Shown: positions 46,300 to 55,576 of the stretch, one piece after another | Position numbering within the stretch: the stretch's first letter is position 1 | How the letters are laid out: every line of letters starts with the position of its first letter | NCBI GenBank assembly: GCA_007693605.1 | Contig: REDG01000040.1 | Location: forward strand, 1-57,685 | Length of the DNA: 57,685 nt | Source: Bradymonadales bacterium | GTDB lineage: Bacteria > Bdellovibrionota > UBA2394 | Reading direction: 5' to 3' | Made by a program: the position numbers and the translations under genes | Notes under the pieces: generated by a model | Seen by the model: the letters and a program-made list of their open reading frames with translations, nothing else | What the model was told of the DNA's origin: nothing | Databases searched by the model: none

Positions 46300-49050
46300 A
46301 TGGCAAAGAATCCGCGCTTACACGAAGTGGCAAAAGCTTTAGGAGTGTCTGTGAAGGTGCTCAGGCACGACCTTGGAAAAGCTGGTTTTGAATACAAGAC
46401 TCATATGGCTTCTCTTGAAGACGAGGCCGTGGTCTTTGTGAAGAAGAAATACGAAAAAGCCGATGCGGCTCTTAAGAAGCTTGCAACTTCAGACGCCGAC
46501 GCAAAAACAGCCGCCAAGAAGAAGGCTCCCAAAAAGAAGAAGACTTCGACCGCAAAGTCTAAAAAAGCCACCGAGAAAGTTATTTCCAAACGAAGCGTTG
46601 TGCGAAAGAAAAAGCAGGCGGAAGCGGCGAAAGACAAAATAGATGAGAGTGTCGGAAAGGTGGAAATTGTTCAGCAAGAGCCAGGGGTGACGGTTGAGCA
46701 AAAGAAGATTGGTGGCGGAATTATTCGAAGGCGAAGGGTGGAAGCTCCTGTAGAGCCAAGCCCCGCTCCTTCAGAGACAGCGCTTGTTAACCCGGAGGCT
46801 TCCCCGATAGAGGCAGAGGCTTCGACTGCCTTCGAGTCTTCTGAAGCACTCAAAGAAGGGATGCCTGAGGCTCGATCAGAAACGGCAGAGCCGGTTGGCC
46901 CTGACAGTCAGGAGGCAGAGCCCTCTGTCAGCTCAGAAGCGGAAGCCGCTCGCAGAAATTTAAGCTCACCCCGCAGACTGAAAATTGTGGGTCAATCGAC
47001 TCCCCCCGAAAAACAAGACAGGCCTGCGCGAAAGCCGACAAAGGCCGGCGCGGTGAGTGCACCCGCTTCAAAGGCAACTCCTGCTAGCGGCGAACCCGAT
47101 CTTGCGAAATTGGAGGCCAAGAAAAAGCCGGCGGCAGTGAAGAACTGGGAAGCCCCCAAGGTAACCAAAAAAGACCTGCTGGGAATGACCGAGGAAGTGG
47201 AGATCACGAGGTCTTATGGGCGGCGTCCTAAGAAGCAAAATATTCGCTCGGACCGAAAGCCACAGATCACTACTCCAAGCGCCAAGAAGCGAGTCATTAA
47301 GATTGATGGGGATATTATCGTTTCAGACCTGGCCGACCGAATGGGAGTGAAAGCGGCCGATGTTGTTCGTCAACTCATCAAGATGGGGCAGATGGTGAGC
47401 GCTCATCAAAGTCTAGACTTTGACACCGCCAGCTTGATTGCCTCCGAGTATCAGTTTGAGATTCAGAATGTCGAGGAGACGGCAGAGGCGCTTATTCTCG
47501 AGGAGCAACAGGCTACTCAGGGCCGTCCCGAAGATCGCGTGGAACGAGCTCCAATTGTCACCATTATGGGGCATGTCGATCACGGAAAGACCAGTTTGCT
47601 CGACTATATTCGAAAGTCGCGAGTGGCGGCAGGCGAGGCAGGGGGCATTACCCAACATATCGGGGCTTATCAGGTGCAGAGAGGAGACAGGAAAATCACC
47701 TTTTTAGACACCCCTGGTCATGAGGCTTTCACGAAGATGAGGGCAAGGGGGGCTTCCATCACAGATATTTCTATTTTGGTGGTGGCCGCCGACGAAGGAC
47801 CTAAGCCACAAACAATTGAAGCCCTCGCTCATGCTCGAGATGCGAAGACGCCGGTCATTGTGGCCTTGACCAAGATGGATAAGCCAGAAGCAAACCCAGA
47901 CAAAGTGATTCAAGCCCTTTCGGCTCATGAACTCGTGCCAGAAGAGTGGGGAGGCGACACCATGTTCTGTCGGGTTTCTTCGGTGACAGGAGATGGCATG
48001 GAAGACCTGCTGGATCGAATTCTGTTGCAGGCTGAAATTTTGGAACTCAGGGCTAACGAGAAAATTCCGGCCAAGGCCGTGGTGGTTGAAAGTCGACTCG
48101 ATAAAGGAAAAGGACCGGTCGCCAGCATTGTTTTGACAGACGGAACGATTCGACAAGGAGACGCCGTCGTATCTGGTTTGTCCTACGGAAAGATTAGAGC
48201 GCTCTTTGATGATCAGGGTCGACCCATAAAAATCGCGGGTCCGGCCTCTCCGGTTGAAGTGTTGGGTTTGAATGAAGTGCCCGAAGCGGGGGAGACTTTG
48301 TCTGTTGTTTCGGATGAGGCCGTTGCAAGAAAGGCGGCCGATCTGTTGGCGACGAAGAAGAAGCACGATGAACTTCGAAAGGGCTCTCGCATTTCGCTTG
48401 AAGAAATGTACTCCAAAATGCAAGCCGGAGAGGTTTCTGAACTAAGGGTGGTTTTGAAGGCAGATGTTCAAGGCTCGGTTGAGGCAGTCACCGATGCTTT
48501 GGCCAAGATTAAGCACGATGAAGTCAGTGTGAATGTGGTGTTTCGGTCGGTTGGCGGAATTACAGAGAGTGATGTGAGTTTGGCCGCCGCTTCTGGAGGT
48601 TTGGTCGTAGGATTTAATGTCCGGCCAACGGGTCAGGCAAAGACTTTGGCGGCTCAAGAAGGGGTTCAAGTGAAGACCTATTCGGTCATTTATGAGCTGA
48701 TTGACGACATTAAGTTGGCGATGCAAGGGCTGTTGAGCCCCGACATCAAAGAAGAGACCCTGGGTCAGGCAGAGGTTCGAAATGTATTCAGTCTCAGCAA
48801 GGCAGGAACGATTGCGGGCTGTTTTGTTACGAGTGGAAAAATTACGAGAAACGCCTATGCTCGCCTGGTTCGTGATTCGGTGGTGATTTATGAAGCAAAG
48901 ATCGACTCACTAAAACGCTTTAAAGATGACACAAAAGAAGTGGCAGAAGGTTTTGAATGTGGAATCAAGCTTGAAAACTACAATGATCTTAAGGTGGGCG
49001 ATGTCATTGAGTGTTATGAGCGAGTCGAAATCGCCAAGGCAGTGAGCTAA
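46300..49050 (+). CDS. infB: Translation initiation factor IF-2
   Basis: MGHVDHGKT, GGITQHIGAY, DTPGH, KADVQGS and SLKRFKDD motifs. ATG 46300 (MAKNPRLHEVAK) preferred. Confidence 0.98.
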   Translation: MAKNPRLHEVAKALGVSVKVLRHDLGKAGFEYKTHMASLEDEAVVFVKKKYEKADAALKKLATSDADAKTAAKKKAPKKKKTSTAKSKKATEKVISKRSVVRKKKQAEAAKDKIDESVGKVEIVQQEPGVTVEQKKIGGGIIRRRRVEAPVEPSPAPSETALVNPEASPIEAEASTAFESSEALKEGMPEARSETAEPVGPDSQEAEPSVSSEAEAARRNLSSPRRLKIVGQSTPPEKQDRPARKPTKAGAVSAPASKATPASGEPDLAKLEAKKKPAAVKNWEAPKVTKKDLLGMTEEVEITRSYGRRPKKQNIRSDRKPQITTPSAKKRVIKIDGDIIVSDLADRMGVKAADVVRQLIKMGQMVSAHQSLDFDTASLIASEYQFEIQNVEETAEALILEEQQATQGRPEDRVERAPIVTIMGHVDHGKTSLLDYIRKSRVAAGEAGGITQHIGAYQVQRGDRKITFLDTPGHEAFTKMRARGASITDISILVVAADEGPKPQTIEALAHARDAKTPVIVALTKMDKPEANPDKVIQALSAHELVPEEWGGDTMFCRVSSVTGDGMEDLLDRILLQAEILELRANEKIPAKAVVVESRLDKGKGPVASIVLTDGTIRQGDAVVSGLSYGKIRALFDDQGRPIKIAGPASPVEVLGLNEVPEAGETLSVVSDEAVARKAADLLATKKKHDELRKGSRISLEEMYSKMQAGEVSELRVVLKADVQGSVEAVTDALAKIKHDEVSVNVVFRSVGGITESDVSLAAASGGLVVGFNVRPTGQAKTLAAQEGVQVKTYSVIYELIDDIKLAMQGLLSPDIKEETLGQAEVRNVFSLSKAGTIAGCFVTSGKITRNAYARLVRDSVVIYEAKIDSLKRFKDDTKEVAEGFECGIKLENYNDLKVGDVIECYERVEIAKAVS

Positions 49051-49053
49051 GCC

Positions 49054-49446
49054 GTGAGTGTTTTATCGAACAAACGAAAAGACCGATTGTCAGAAGCGAT
49101 TCGCAAAGAGCTTTCACTCATTCTTTATCGAGAAGTTCATAACCCCGATTTGAAATCTTTAACCGTCACAGGCGTCGAGATTGATCCTGAAATGCGAACC
49201 GCCAAAGTGAAAGTCTGTCGCATGATGACGGGTGAATTTAGGGAGCCGAGCCTGTCAGAGCGGCGAGCCGTCGAGAAAGCTCTCTCGCGAGCAAGGGGAT
49301 TTATTTTTGAACGGCTACGAAAGAGTCTGAGTTTAAGGTTCATTCCCGAGTTGAGTTTTCAGTACGACCCAAGCGTGCCAGAAGCTTCTTATGTTTGGGC
49401 AAAGATGAATGACTGGGTTCGAAAGGAGAACAAGCCATGTCCATAA
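49054..49446 (+). CDS. rbfA: Ribosome-binding factor A
   Basis: R..RLSEAIRKELS and LRFIPELSFQYD motifs; follows infB. Confidence 0.92.
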   Translation: MSVLSNKRKDRLSEAIRKELSLILYREVHNPDLKSLTVTGVEIDPEMRTAKVKVCRMMTGEFREPSLSERRAVEKALSRARGFIFERLRKSLSLRFIPELSFQYDPSVPEASYVWAKMNDWVRKENKPCP

Positions 49447-50234
49447 GTCCTCGACCTTCAGAGAGAATTGATCGAGCCCTCGGCTCGCCAGCCTTCGAGA
49501 GAGCGACCGAGAAGTTTGATCTTTCAGGGGTATTGGTTGTCGACAAGCCTGAAGGGGTCACTTCGATGGATGTGATTCGGGTGGTTCGCCGACTTCTGCG
49601 ACCCAACAAGATTGGTCATGGGGGAACCCTCGACCCTCTGGCTACCGGGGTGCTACCGATTCTCTTAAATCGAGCCACAAAGATGTCTAACGAAGTCATG
49701 GGAGGCATCAAAGAGTATGAGGGCAGCTTTTTGTTGGGCCAAAGCTTCGACACCCAAGATGTGACGGGCAGCCCCCTGTCGGAGCCGCAGGCAATTCCTG
49801 AGTCTTTGACTTTTGAGCAACTCAAGCGCGAGGCCGAAGCCTTTGTGGGAGAAATCGATCAAACCCCTCCAATATACTCGGCTGTAAAGTCGAAGGGAAA
49901 AGCCCTTTACGAATATGCTCGAGCGGGCGAGCAAGTTGAGCCACAAGCTCGAAAGGTAAAAGTAGATGTTTTTGAAATCCGACAATGGGACGGATTTCGA
50001 CGAGTGAAGTTTTTTGTAAGAGTGCATAAAGGAACTTTCGTCCGGACCCTGATTCACGATCTTGGTCAGAGGCTGGGCGTAGGGGCGGCGTTAGAGAGCT
50101 TGCGTCGTCTTCAGGCGGGTCGGTTTCATATAGATGAAGCCGTTCAGCTCAGTACACTGAGGGTTTCCTCAGATGTGGTGAAGCACCTGAAGCCTTTAAA
50201 TCGAAGAACCAACGCAGAAAGGATCATGGAATGA
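49437..50234 (+). CDS. truB: tRNA pseudouridine(55) synthase
   Basis: [27 protein letters not shown] and KGTFVRTL motifs. Short, with no PUA domain. Confidence 0.96.
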   Translation: MSISPRPSERIDRALGSPAFERATEKFDLSGVLVVDKPEGVTSMDVIRVVRRLLRPNKIGHGGTLDPLATGVLPILLNRATKMSNEVMGGIKEYEGSFLLGQSFDTQDVTGSPLSEPQAIPESLTFEQLKREAEAFVGEIDQTPPIYSAVKSKGKALYEYARAGEQVEPQARKVKVDVFEIRQWDGFRRVKFFVRVHKGTFVRTLIHDLGQRLGVGAALESLRRLQAGRFHIDEAVQLSTLRVSSDVVKHLKPLNRRTNAERIME

Positions 50235-50497
50235 TATCTCCCGCAGAAAAGACGAAATTGATTGAAAACTTTAGAACTCATGAAGGGGACACCGGCTCTG
50301 TGCAAGTGCAGGTCGCTGTTTTAACATCACGAATTCAACAGCTCACCGAGCATTTGAAAGATCACAAGCATGATTATTCAACGCGACGAGGGCTTTTGAG
50401 GTTGGTGGGCCGAAGAAGACGGCTTTTGACCTTTTTGAAGAGAGAGGATTTACAGGCTTATTCTGACTTAATTGTGAGGCTAGGTCTTAGAAAATAA
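50231..50497 (+). CDS. rpsO: 30S ribosomal protein S15
   Basis: [10 protein letters not shown]...[16 protein letters not shown]...LGLRK. Confidence 0.98.
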   Translation: MISPAEKTKLIENFRTHEGDTGSVQVQVAVLTSRIQQLTEHLKDHKHDYSTRRGLLRLVGRRRRLLTFLKREDLQAYSDLIVRLGLRK

Positions 50498-50510
50498 AGT
50501 GCTTGTCGCC

Positions 50511-50535
50511 GAGGCTTGAGGTGGACTCAAGCCTC
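50511..50535 (+). other. Stem-loop between rpsO and pnp
   Basis: GAGGCTTGAG-GTGGA-CTCAAGCCTC, a perfect 10-bp stem with no U-tract. Confidence 0.7.
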
Positions 50536-50587
50536 CGATTGGCCCACCACCCATTTGAGGGGCGGTGAATTGTAGGAAGGAAGAAAG

Positions 50588-52708
50588 ATGGAAGTAGTAA
50601 AAACAGAAATTGGTGGACAAGAATTGAGTATTGAGACGGGCCGTATGGCTAAGCTAGCAAACGGGGCTGTGGTCGTTCGATATGGTGATACGATGGTGCT
50701 TTGTACGGTCTGTTCTGCAACGAAAGCTCGTGACGGACAAGACTTTTTCCCCCTCAGCGTAGAGTTTCAAGAAAAAGCCTATGCGGCGGGTAGAATTCCC
50801 GGGGGATACTTCAAGCGAGAAGGGCGGCTTTCGGAATTAGAGATTCTCTCTTGTCGTTTGATCGATCGACCCCTTCGACCGCTGTTTCCGGAAGGTTTTA
50901 TGAATGAAACTCAAGTGGTTGTGACCGTGATCTCTGCTGACAGGGACCATGAAGCAGAAGTTTTGGGGTTGATTGGTGCGTCGGCAGCCGTTCACATTTC
51001 GGATGTGCCTTTTAAAGAAGCGGTCGGAGCGGTTCGTCTGGGTCGCATCAACGGGCAGTTTGTAATCAATCCGAGCCCACAAGACTTGGACTCTAAGAGT
51101 GAAATGAATTTGCTTATCGCCGGTACAGAATCTTCGATCATTATGGTTGAGGGATCGGGTAAAGAGGTTCCTGAAGAGGTGATGTGTGAAGGCCTGTTTT
51201 TCGCTCACAATGAGATTAAGAAATTGGTGGCCTTGCAAAACGAACTTCAGAAGAAGCTCGGCAAAGAGAAAATGTCATGGGAGGCTGAAAGGCGACTTGA
51301 AGGGGTCGAAAAATTTGTTCGAGAGCAGTTTACACAGAAGCTATCGGAAGCCCTGAAGGTCAAAGAAAAGACATTGCGAAACAAGGCGCGAGACGAAATC
51401 AAAGCTTTGGCCAAGACTCAGGCGGAAGAGAAGTTTTCTACTGAATCCCCCGACTTGGTTTCTAAAACTGTCAGTTTGACGATTGAAGACATCAGCTATG
51501 AGCAAATGAGAAAGGCGATTGTTGAACAGAAAACGAGAATTGACGGACGAGATTTCAAAACGGTTCGACCGATCACGATTGAAACTGGAATTTTGCCAAG
51601 AGCTCACGGAAGTGTGCTCTTTACTCGCGGAGAAACCCAAGCGCTCGTGAGTTGTACTCTCGGGTCGTCTGAAGACTCTCAGCGCATTGAGAGTTTGACG
51701 GGAGCTTTTGAAAAGTACTTCATTCTTCACTACAACTTTCCTGGCTTTTCAGTGGGAGAAGCAAAGATGATGCGAGGCCCCTCTCGAAGAGATATCGGGC
51801 ACGGCTACCTTGCAGAGCGCTCTTTGAGTAGTGTAACCCCAGGCATCAAAGACTTTCCCTACACCATTCGTTTGGTCTCTGACATTTTAGAGAGTAACGG
51901 AAGTAGCTCGATGGCGACGGTTTGCGGGGGGAGTTTGGCCATGATGGATGCAGGGGTACCCGGCATTCAGCCGGTAGCTGGAATTGCCATGGGTTTGATT
52001 GCCGAGGGGGATCAAAAAGTGATTTTGACGGACATTCTTGGAGATGAAGATCATCTGGGAGATATGGACTTCAAAGTGACCGGAACTCGCAAAGGAATTA
52101 ATGGCTTTCAGTTGGATACGAAAATTTCAGGCATTAGCTTGGAGCTGATGCAGCAGGCCATGGCTCAGGCCAAAGAGGCCAGACTGCTTATCTTGGATAA
52201 GATGGAGGCCGCACTTTCAGGATCACGAGCCGAGATTTCTAAGTTTGCACCCCAACGGCGAACCATTAAGGTCCGTCAGAGCAAAATCAAAGACATCATC
52301 GGCCCCGGCGGAAAGAATATCAAAACTGTTTACGCAGCGACAAACGATACGGTGAAGGTCGATATCGATGATAGTGGCAGTGTCAGCATTTTCTCGAATG
52401 ATCCGGAAATGATGGAAAAAGCCATTCAAATGATCGAGGCTCTTGGGGGTGAAGTCGAAGTCGGCAGAGTCTATGAAGGCCAGGTGAGAAAAATTATGGA
52501 CTTTGGAGCCTTCGTTAATATCGCACCAGGCACAGATGGCTTAGTTCACATCTCTGAGATTGCTGAGGAGCGAGTCAAAAGTGTGACGGACTATTTAAAT
52601 GAAGGCGATATGGTGAAGGTGAAGGTTCTAGAGATTGATCGTCAGGGCCGAATTCGATTGAGTCGAGTAGAGGCGATGAGAGAAGAAGCCAGTTCTTCCG
52701 CACAGTAG
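50588..52708 (+). CDS. pnp: Polyribonucleotide nucleotidyltransferase
   Basis: DFFPL, RLIDRPLRPLF, FTRGETQ, ESNGSSSMA and GDMDFKV motifs; KH and S1 domains. Confidence 0.99.
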   Translation: MEVVKTEIGGQELSIETGRMAKLANGAVVVRYGDTMVLCTVCSATKARDGQDFFPLSVEFQEKAYAAGRIPGGYFKREGRLSELEILSCRLIDRPLRPLFPEGFMNETQVVVTVISADRDHEAEVLGLIGASAAVHISDVPFKEAVGAVRLGRINGQFVINPSPQDLDSKSEMNLLIAGTESSIIMVEGSGKEVPEEVMCEGLFFAHNEIKKLVALQNELQKKLGKEKMSWEAERRLEGVEKFVREQFTQKLSEALKVKEKTLRNKARDEIKALAKTQAEEKFSTESPDLVSKTVSLTIEDISYEQMRKAIVEQKTRIDGRDFKTVRPITIETGILPRAHGSVLFTRGETQALVSCTLGSSEDSQRIESLTGAFEKYFILHYNFPGFSVGEAKMMRGPSRRDIGHGYLAERSLSSVTPGIKDFPYTIRLVSDILESNGSSSMATVCGGSLAMMDAGVPGIQPVAGIAMGLIAEGDQKVILTDILGDEDHLGDMDFKVTGTRKGINGFQLDTKISGISLELMQQAMAQAKEARLLILDKMEAALSGSRAEISKFAPQRRTIKVRQSKIKDIIGPGGKNIKTVYAATNDTVKVDIDDSGSVSIFSNDPEMMEKAIQMIEALGGEVEVGRVYEGQVRKIMDFGAFVNIAPGTDGLVHISEIAEERVKSVTDYLNEGDMVKVKVLEIDRQGRIRLSRVEAMREEASSSAQ

Positions 52709-52725
52709 CACAGTAAAGGAGTTTC

Positions 52726-53667
52726 ATGGCGACAAGATCTCGTCTGGATCCGAAGACCTTGATCGAAGACTTTTTGGAGTATTTGAGAGTGCAGCGCTCC
52801 GTGGCGGAGAACACTCTTTCAAGCTACGAGGCCGATCTTCGTCAGTTCTTGGATTTTTTGCAGTCGGAGACTTCTGAGTCCTCGCTGAGACCCGAAGAGA
52901 TTGACGAGGCTTTCGTTCGTCGATTTTTGGATCGGCTGGCGACTCAGAAGATCTCGTTGCGAAGTATTCAGAGAAAGATGACGGCTCTACGGGGTTTTTT
53001 TCGCTTTATGGTTTTGCGAGGCTGGATGACGAAGTCGCCCGTAGAAGACATCAAGACGCCGCGCCTAGAAACCAGTTTACCCCAGGTGTTTAGTGTCTCA
53101 GAGGTTGAGTCTCTTTTGGCGGCGCCCAATCGGACCACGAATCTCGGCAAAAGAGACTCTGCCATGTTAGAGTTGATGTATTCCTGTGGTTTGAGAGTGA
53201 CAGAACTCTTGGACTTGGAACTTCCTTCCATTCAGTGGGAAGAGGGCAGCCTTCTGGTGCGCGGAAAGAGAGACAAAGAACGATGGGTGCCGATGGGAAG
53301 ACCTGCTCAGGCGGCCCTTCGAGACTATATTGAGTCGGCGCGGCCCGAATTGATGAAGGGTCGCTATCACGATTCAGTGTTCGTAAACAACCGAGGCCTT
53401 CGTCTGACTAGACAAGGTTATTGGAAGATCTTGAAGGCCTACGCGACGAAGTTGGCGTTTCAAAAACACCTTCATCCCCACATCCTGCGACACTCCTTTG
53501 CCTCTCATATGTTGGAGCGAGGCGCCGACCTCAGAAGCATTCAGGAACTCTTGGGACATAGCGACATCGCGACTACTCAGATTTATACTCAAGTCAATGC
53601 CAATGTATTGAAGAGAGAGTATCAGAAGTACCATCCCCGCATGGGTCGAGCCGAGGAGACAGTCTAA
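52726..53667 (+). CDS. xerD: Tyrosine recombinase XerD
   Basis: GLRVTEL, RGKRDKER, HILRHSFASH and LLGHSDIATTQIYT; TRQG.W is XerD-like; next to scpAB. Confidence 0.9.
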   Translation: MATRSRLDPKTLIEDFLEYLRVQRSVAENTLSSYEADLRQFLDFLQSETSESSLRPEEIDEAFVRRFLDRLATQKISLRSIQRKMTALRGFFRFMVLRGWMTKSPVEDIKTPRLETSLPQVFSVSEVESLLAAPNRTTNLGKRDSAMLELMYSCGLRVTELLDLELPSIQWEEGSLLVRGKRDKERWVPMGRPAQAALRDYIESARPELMKGRYHDSVFVNNRGLRLTRQGYWKILKAYATKLAFQKHLHPHILRHSFASHMLERGADLRSIQELLGHSDIATTQIYTQVNANVLKREYQKYHPRMGRAEETV

Positions 53668-53668
53668 A

Positions 53669-54430
53669 GTGGAAGATCTTTTAAGTAAGGGCCAGGAGCA
53701 CAAACTGCCGACTGAAAAGTTTCAAGTGCAGTTGGGTGAGTGGACGGGACCTTATGATTTGATTCTCAAGGTGATTGATGAGCAAGAGCTCGATTTGTTT
53801 GACTTAGATATTTCGAAACTATTGGAGCACTATCTCAGCTACCTAGAAGAGTTAAAAGAGATTGATATCGATGAGGTTGGGGATTTTCTGGTGGTTGCTG
53901 CGACGCTCGCTCAAATCAAGTCAAAAATGCTTTTACCCAAAGACGAGATCGAGCAGTTGGAAGAAGAGGAAGACCCACGAGAGAAGCTCGTTCGTTACTT
54001 GCAGGAATATCAAAGAATCAAGAAGTTTGCAGACGAGCTAAGAGAGCGGCCCCTACTGAATCGAGATGTTTTTGCTAAGGGTTTGTCTGAACGCTTTGAG
54101 GGAATTGAGGCGGAGGGCCGAGGCACTCTGTTTCAGCTGGTTAAGGGCTTTCAGAAGGCCTTAGCGAGAGCCCGCTCAGACGAAGAGTTTTCGGTGGAGC
54201 AAGAGGAAGTCTCTGTGGCCGAGCGGTTTCAAGAGATTTTGGACCTTCTCAAAGAAAGAGCAGAACTCTCGTTTGATGATTTATTGCCAAGTGGTCGAGG
54301 AAAGTCTTATCTCATCGCAAGTTTTTTGGCCGTTTTAGAATTGGTCCGACTGCGAGAGGTCATTCTCTTTCAGAGAGGTCCGGTAGAGGCGATCTTTTTG
54401 GAGAGAGTAGTTGAAGGAGGGAACAGATGA
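53669..54430 (+). CDS. scpA: Segregation and condensation protein A
   Basis: GPYDLIL, FLVVAATLAQIKSKMLLP and FLAVLEL motifs. Confidence 0.93.
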   Translation: MEDLLSKGQEHKLPTEKFQVQLGEWTGPYDLILKVIDEQELDLFDLDISKLLEHYLSYLEELKEIDIDEVGDFLVVAATLAQIKSKMLLPKDEIEQLEEEEDPREKLVRYLQEYQRIKKFADELRERPLLNRDVFAKGLSERFEGIEAEGRGTLFQLVKGFQKALARARSDEEFSVEQEEVSVAERFQEILDLLKERAELSFDDLLPSGRGKSYLIASFLAVLELVRLREVILFQRGPVEAIFLERVVEGGNR

Positions 54431-55164
54431 TTTCTAAGAAGGCACAGATTGAAGGCGTTTTGTTTGCTTCAGGGCAGCCGCTGAGTTTGAAAGTTTTGTC
54501 AGAACTTCTGGAGATCTCTTTGGAAGAGACTCAAGAGATTTTGAAGGAGATTGAAGAGAGCTATAAGACAGAAGATCACGGTTTTGATCTGGTCAAAGTG
54601 GCGGGAGGTTATCAGTTTCGGACCAAACCGGAGATGAAGGAATGGATGGCCAGATTTCATCAGAAAAAGCCTCCTCGACTAACTCAAGCGATGCTCGAAC
54701 TTCTGGCGATTGTGGCTTACAAACAACCCGTCACTCGACCAGAGATTGATCGAATCAGAGGGGTCGATTCGTCTGGCGCCCTGAAAACTCTGTTGGAACG
54801 CGGCTTGATTGAGATGCGGGGAAGAAGTGATTCGGTGGGGAACCCCGTTCTGTATGTGACCACGCCTAAGTTTTTGGAGTGGTTTCAAGTTTCGTCTCTG
54901 GGAGATTTGCCACCCCTCACCGAAATTGAGGCTCTTGATGTGAAAATACCTGAAGAGGAACGAGAAGAGCTTTTGAATCTTTTGAATCGTGATGAAGGTT
55001 TTGTGAACGAAGATCTAAGAGAGATGGATCATAACCTCCAAGACATTGCCGGCTCTTTAAGGGAGCTTCAAAAGACAGCGGGCCTTAGTCTGAAGGATTC
55101 TCAAACTCCAGAAGGGGAGAGCCCGACTCCAGACTCTGTTTCTCCTCCACAAAAATCTCTTTGA
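54427..55164 (+). CDS. scpB: Segregation and condensation protein B
   Basis: VAGGYQFRT, LAIVAYKQPVTR..I..IRGV and Y.TT..FL..F...SL.DLP motifs. Confidence 0.95.
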   Translation: MISKKAQIEGVLFASGQPLSLKVLSELLEISLEETQEILKEIEESYKTEDHGFDLVKVAGGYQFRTKPEMKEWMARFHQKKPPRLTQAMLELLAIVAYKQPVTRPEIDRIRGVDSSGALKTLLERGLIEMRGRSDSVGNPVLYVTTPKFLEWFQVSSLGDLPPLTEIEALDVKIPEEEREELLNLLNRDEGFVNEDLREMDHNLQDIAGSLRELQKTAGLSLKDSQTPEGESPTPDSVSPPQKSL

Positions 55165-55576
55165 TTATAGCTTGGCGGTCGGCCCTGATCTCGTTCTCCA
55201 TTTTCATGGCTTCGATGATCAGTAGCGTCTGGCCAGCCTGGACCTCTTGCCCGACTTTGCAAAGAACCTTAAGAACCCGTCCTGGCATCTGAGACTGAAG
55301 CTGTTGACTGCCAGACTGAGCCTCTTGGCCTGCTCTTAATGGGCGCATTCGATAAACCTGAGAGCCTTCTGTGACTCGCCAGTTTTGGTGTTCCCAAATT
55401 TCACAGTGAAGGCGACGGCCTTCAAAGCAAATCTCCTCAAGGGAGATGTCCACGGCACCAAGAGTCAGCTCTCGACCGTCGACCTCAAAGACAAAGCCAC
55501 CCTTTGGCAGAATCTCTTTCAACTCTACCTGAACGACTTCGTCCTTCTCGCCGGTCAATTCGAGACTCCATCTCAT
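55085..55576 (-). CDS. Biotin carboxyl carrier subunit of an acyl-CoA carboxylase
   Basis: MPGRV...EAMKMENE biotinylation motif. ATG 55576 overlaps the carboxylase stop (ATGA). Confidence 0.92.
   Translation of the reverse strand: MRWSLELTGEKDEVVQVELKEILPKGGFVFEVDGRELTLGAVDISLEEICFEGRRLHCEIWEHQNWRVTEGSQVYRMRPLRAGQEAQSGSQQLQSQMPGRVLKVLCKVGQEVQAGQTLLIIEAMKMENEIRADRQAIIKEIFVEEKQSLESGSPLLEFENPSD

Noticed and set aside
47704..48423. 239-aa antisense ORF and many other short overlapping ORFs in the track
   Set aside because: They are shadow frames of well-supported genes and carry no recognisable motifs.
52726..53667. Phage or integron integrase that might mobilise the murG-murC cassette
   Set aside because: The sequence and the pnp-xerD-scpAB context fit housekeeping XerD, and no integron-specific insertion was seen.
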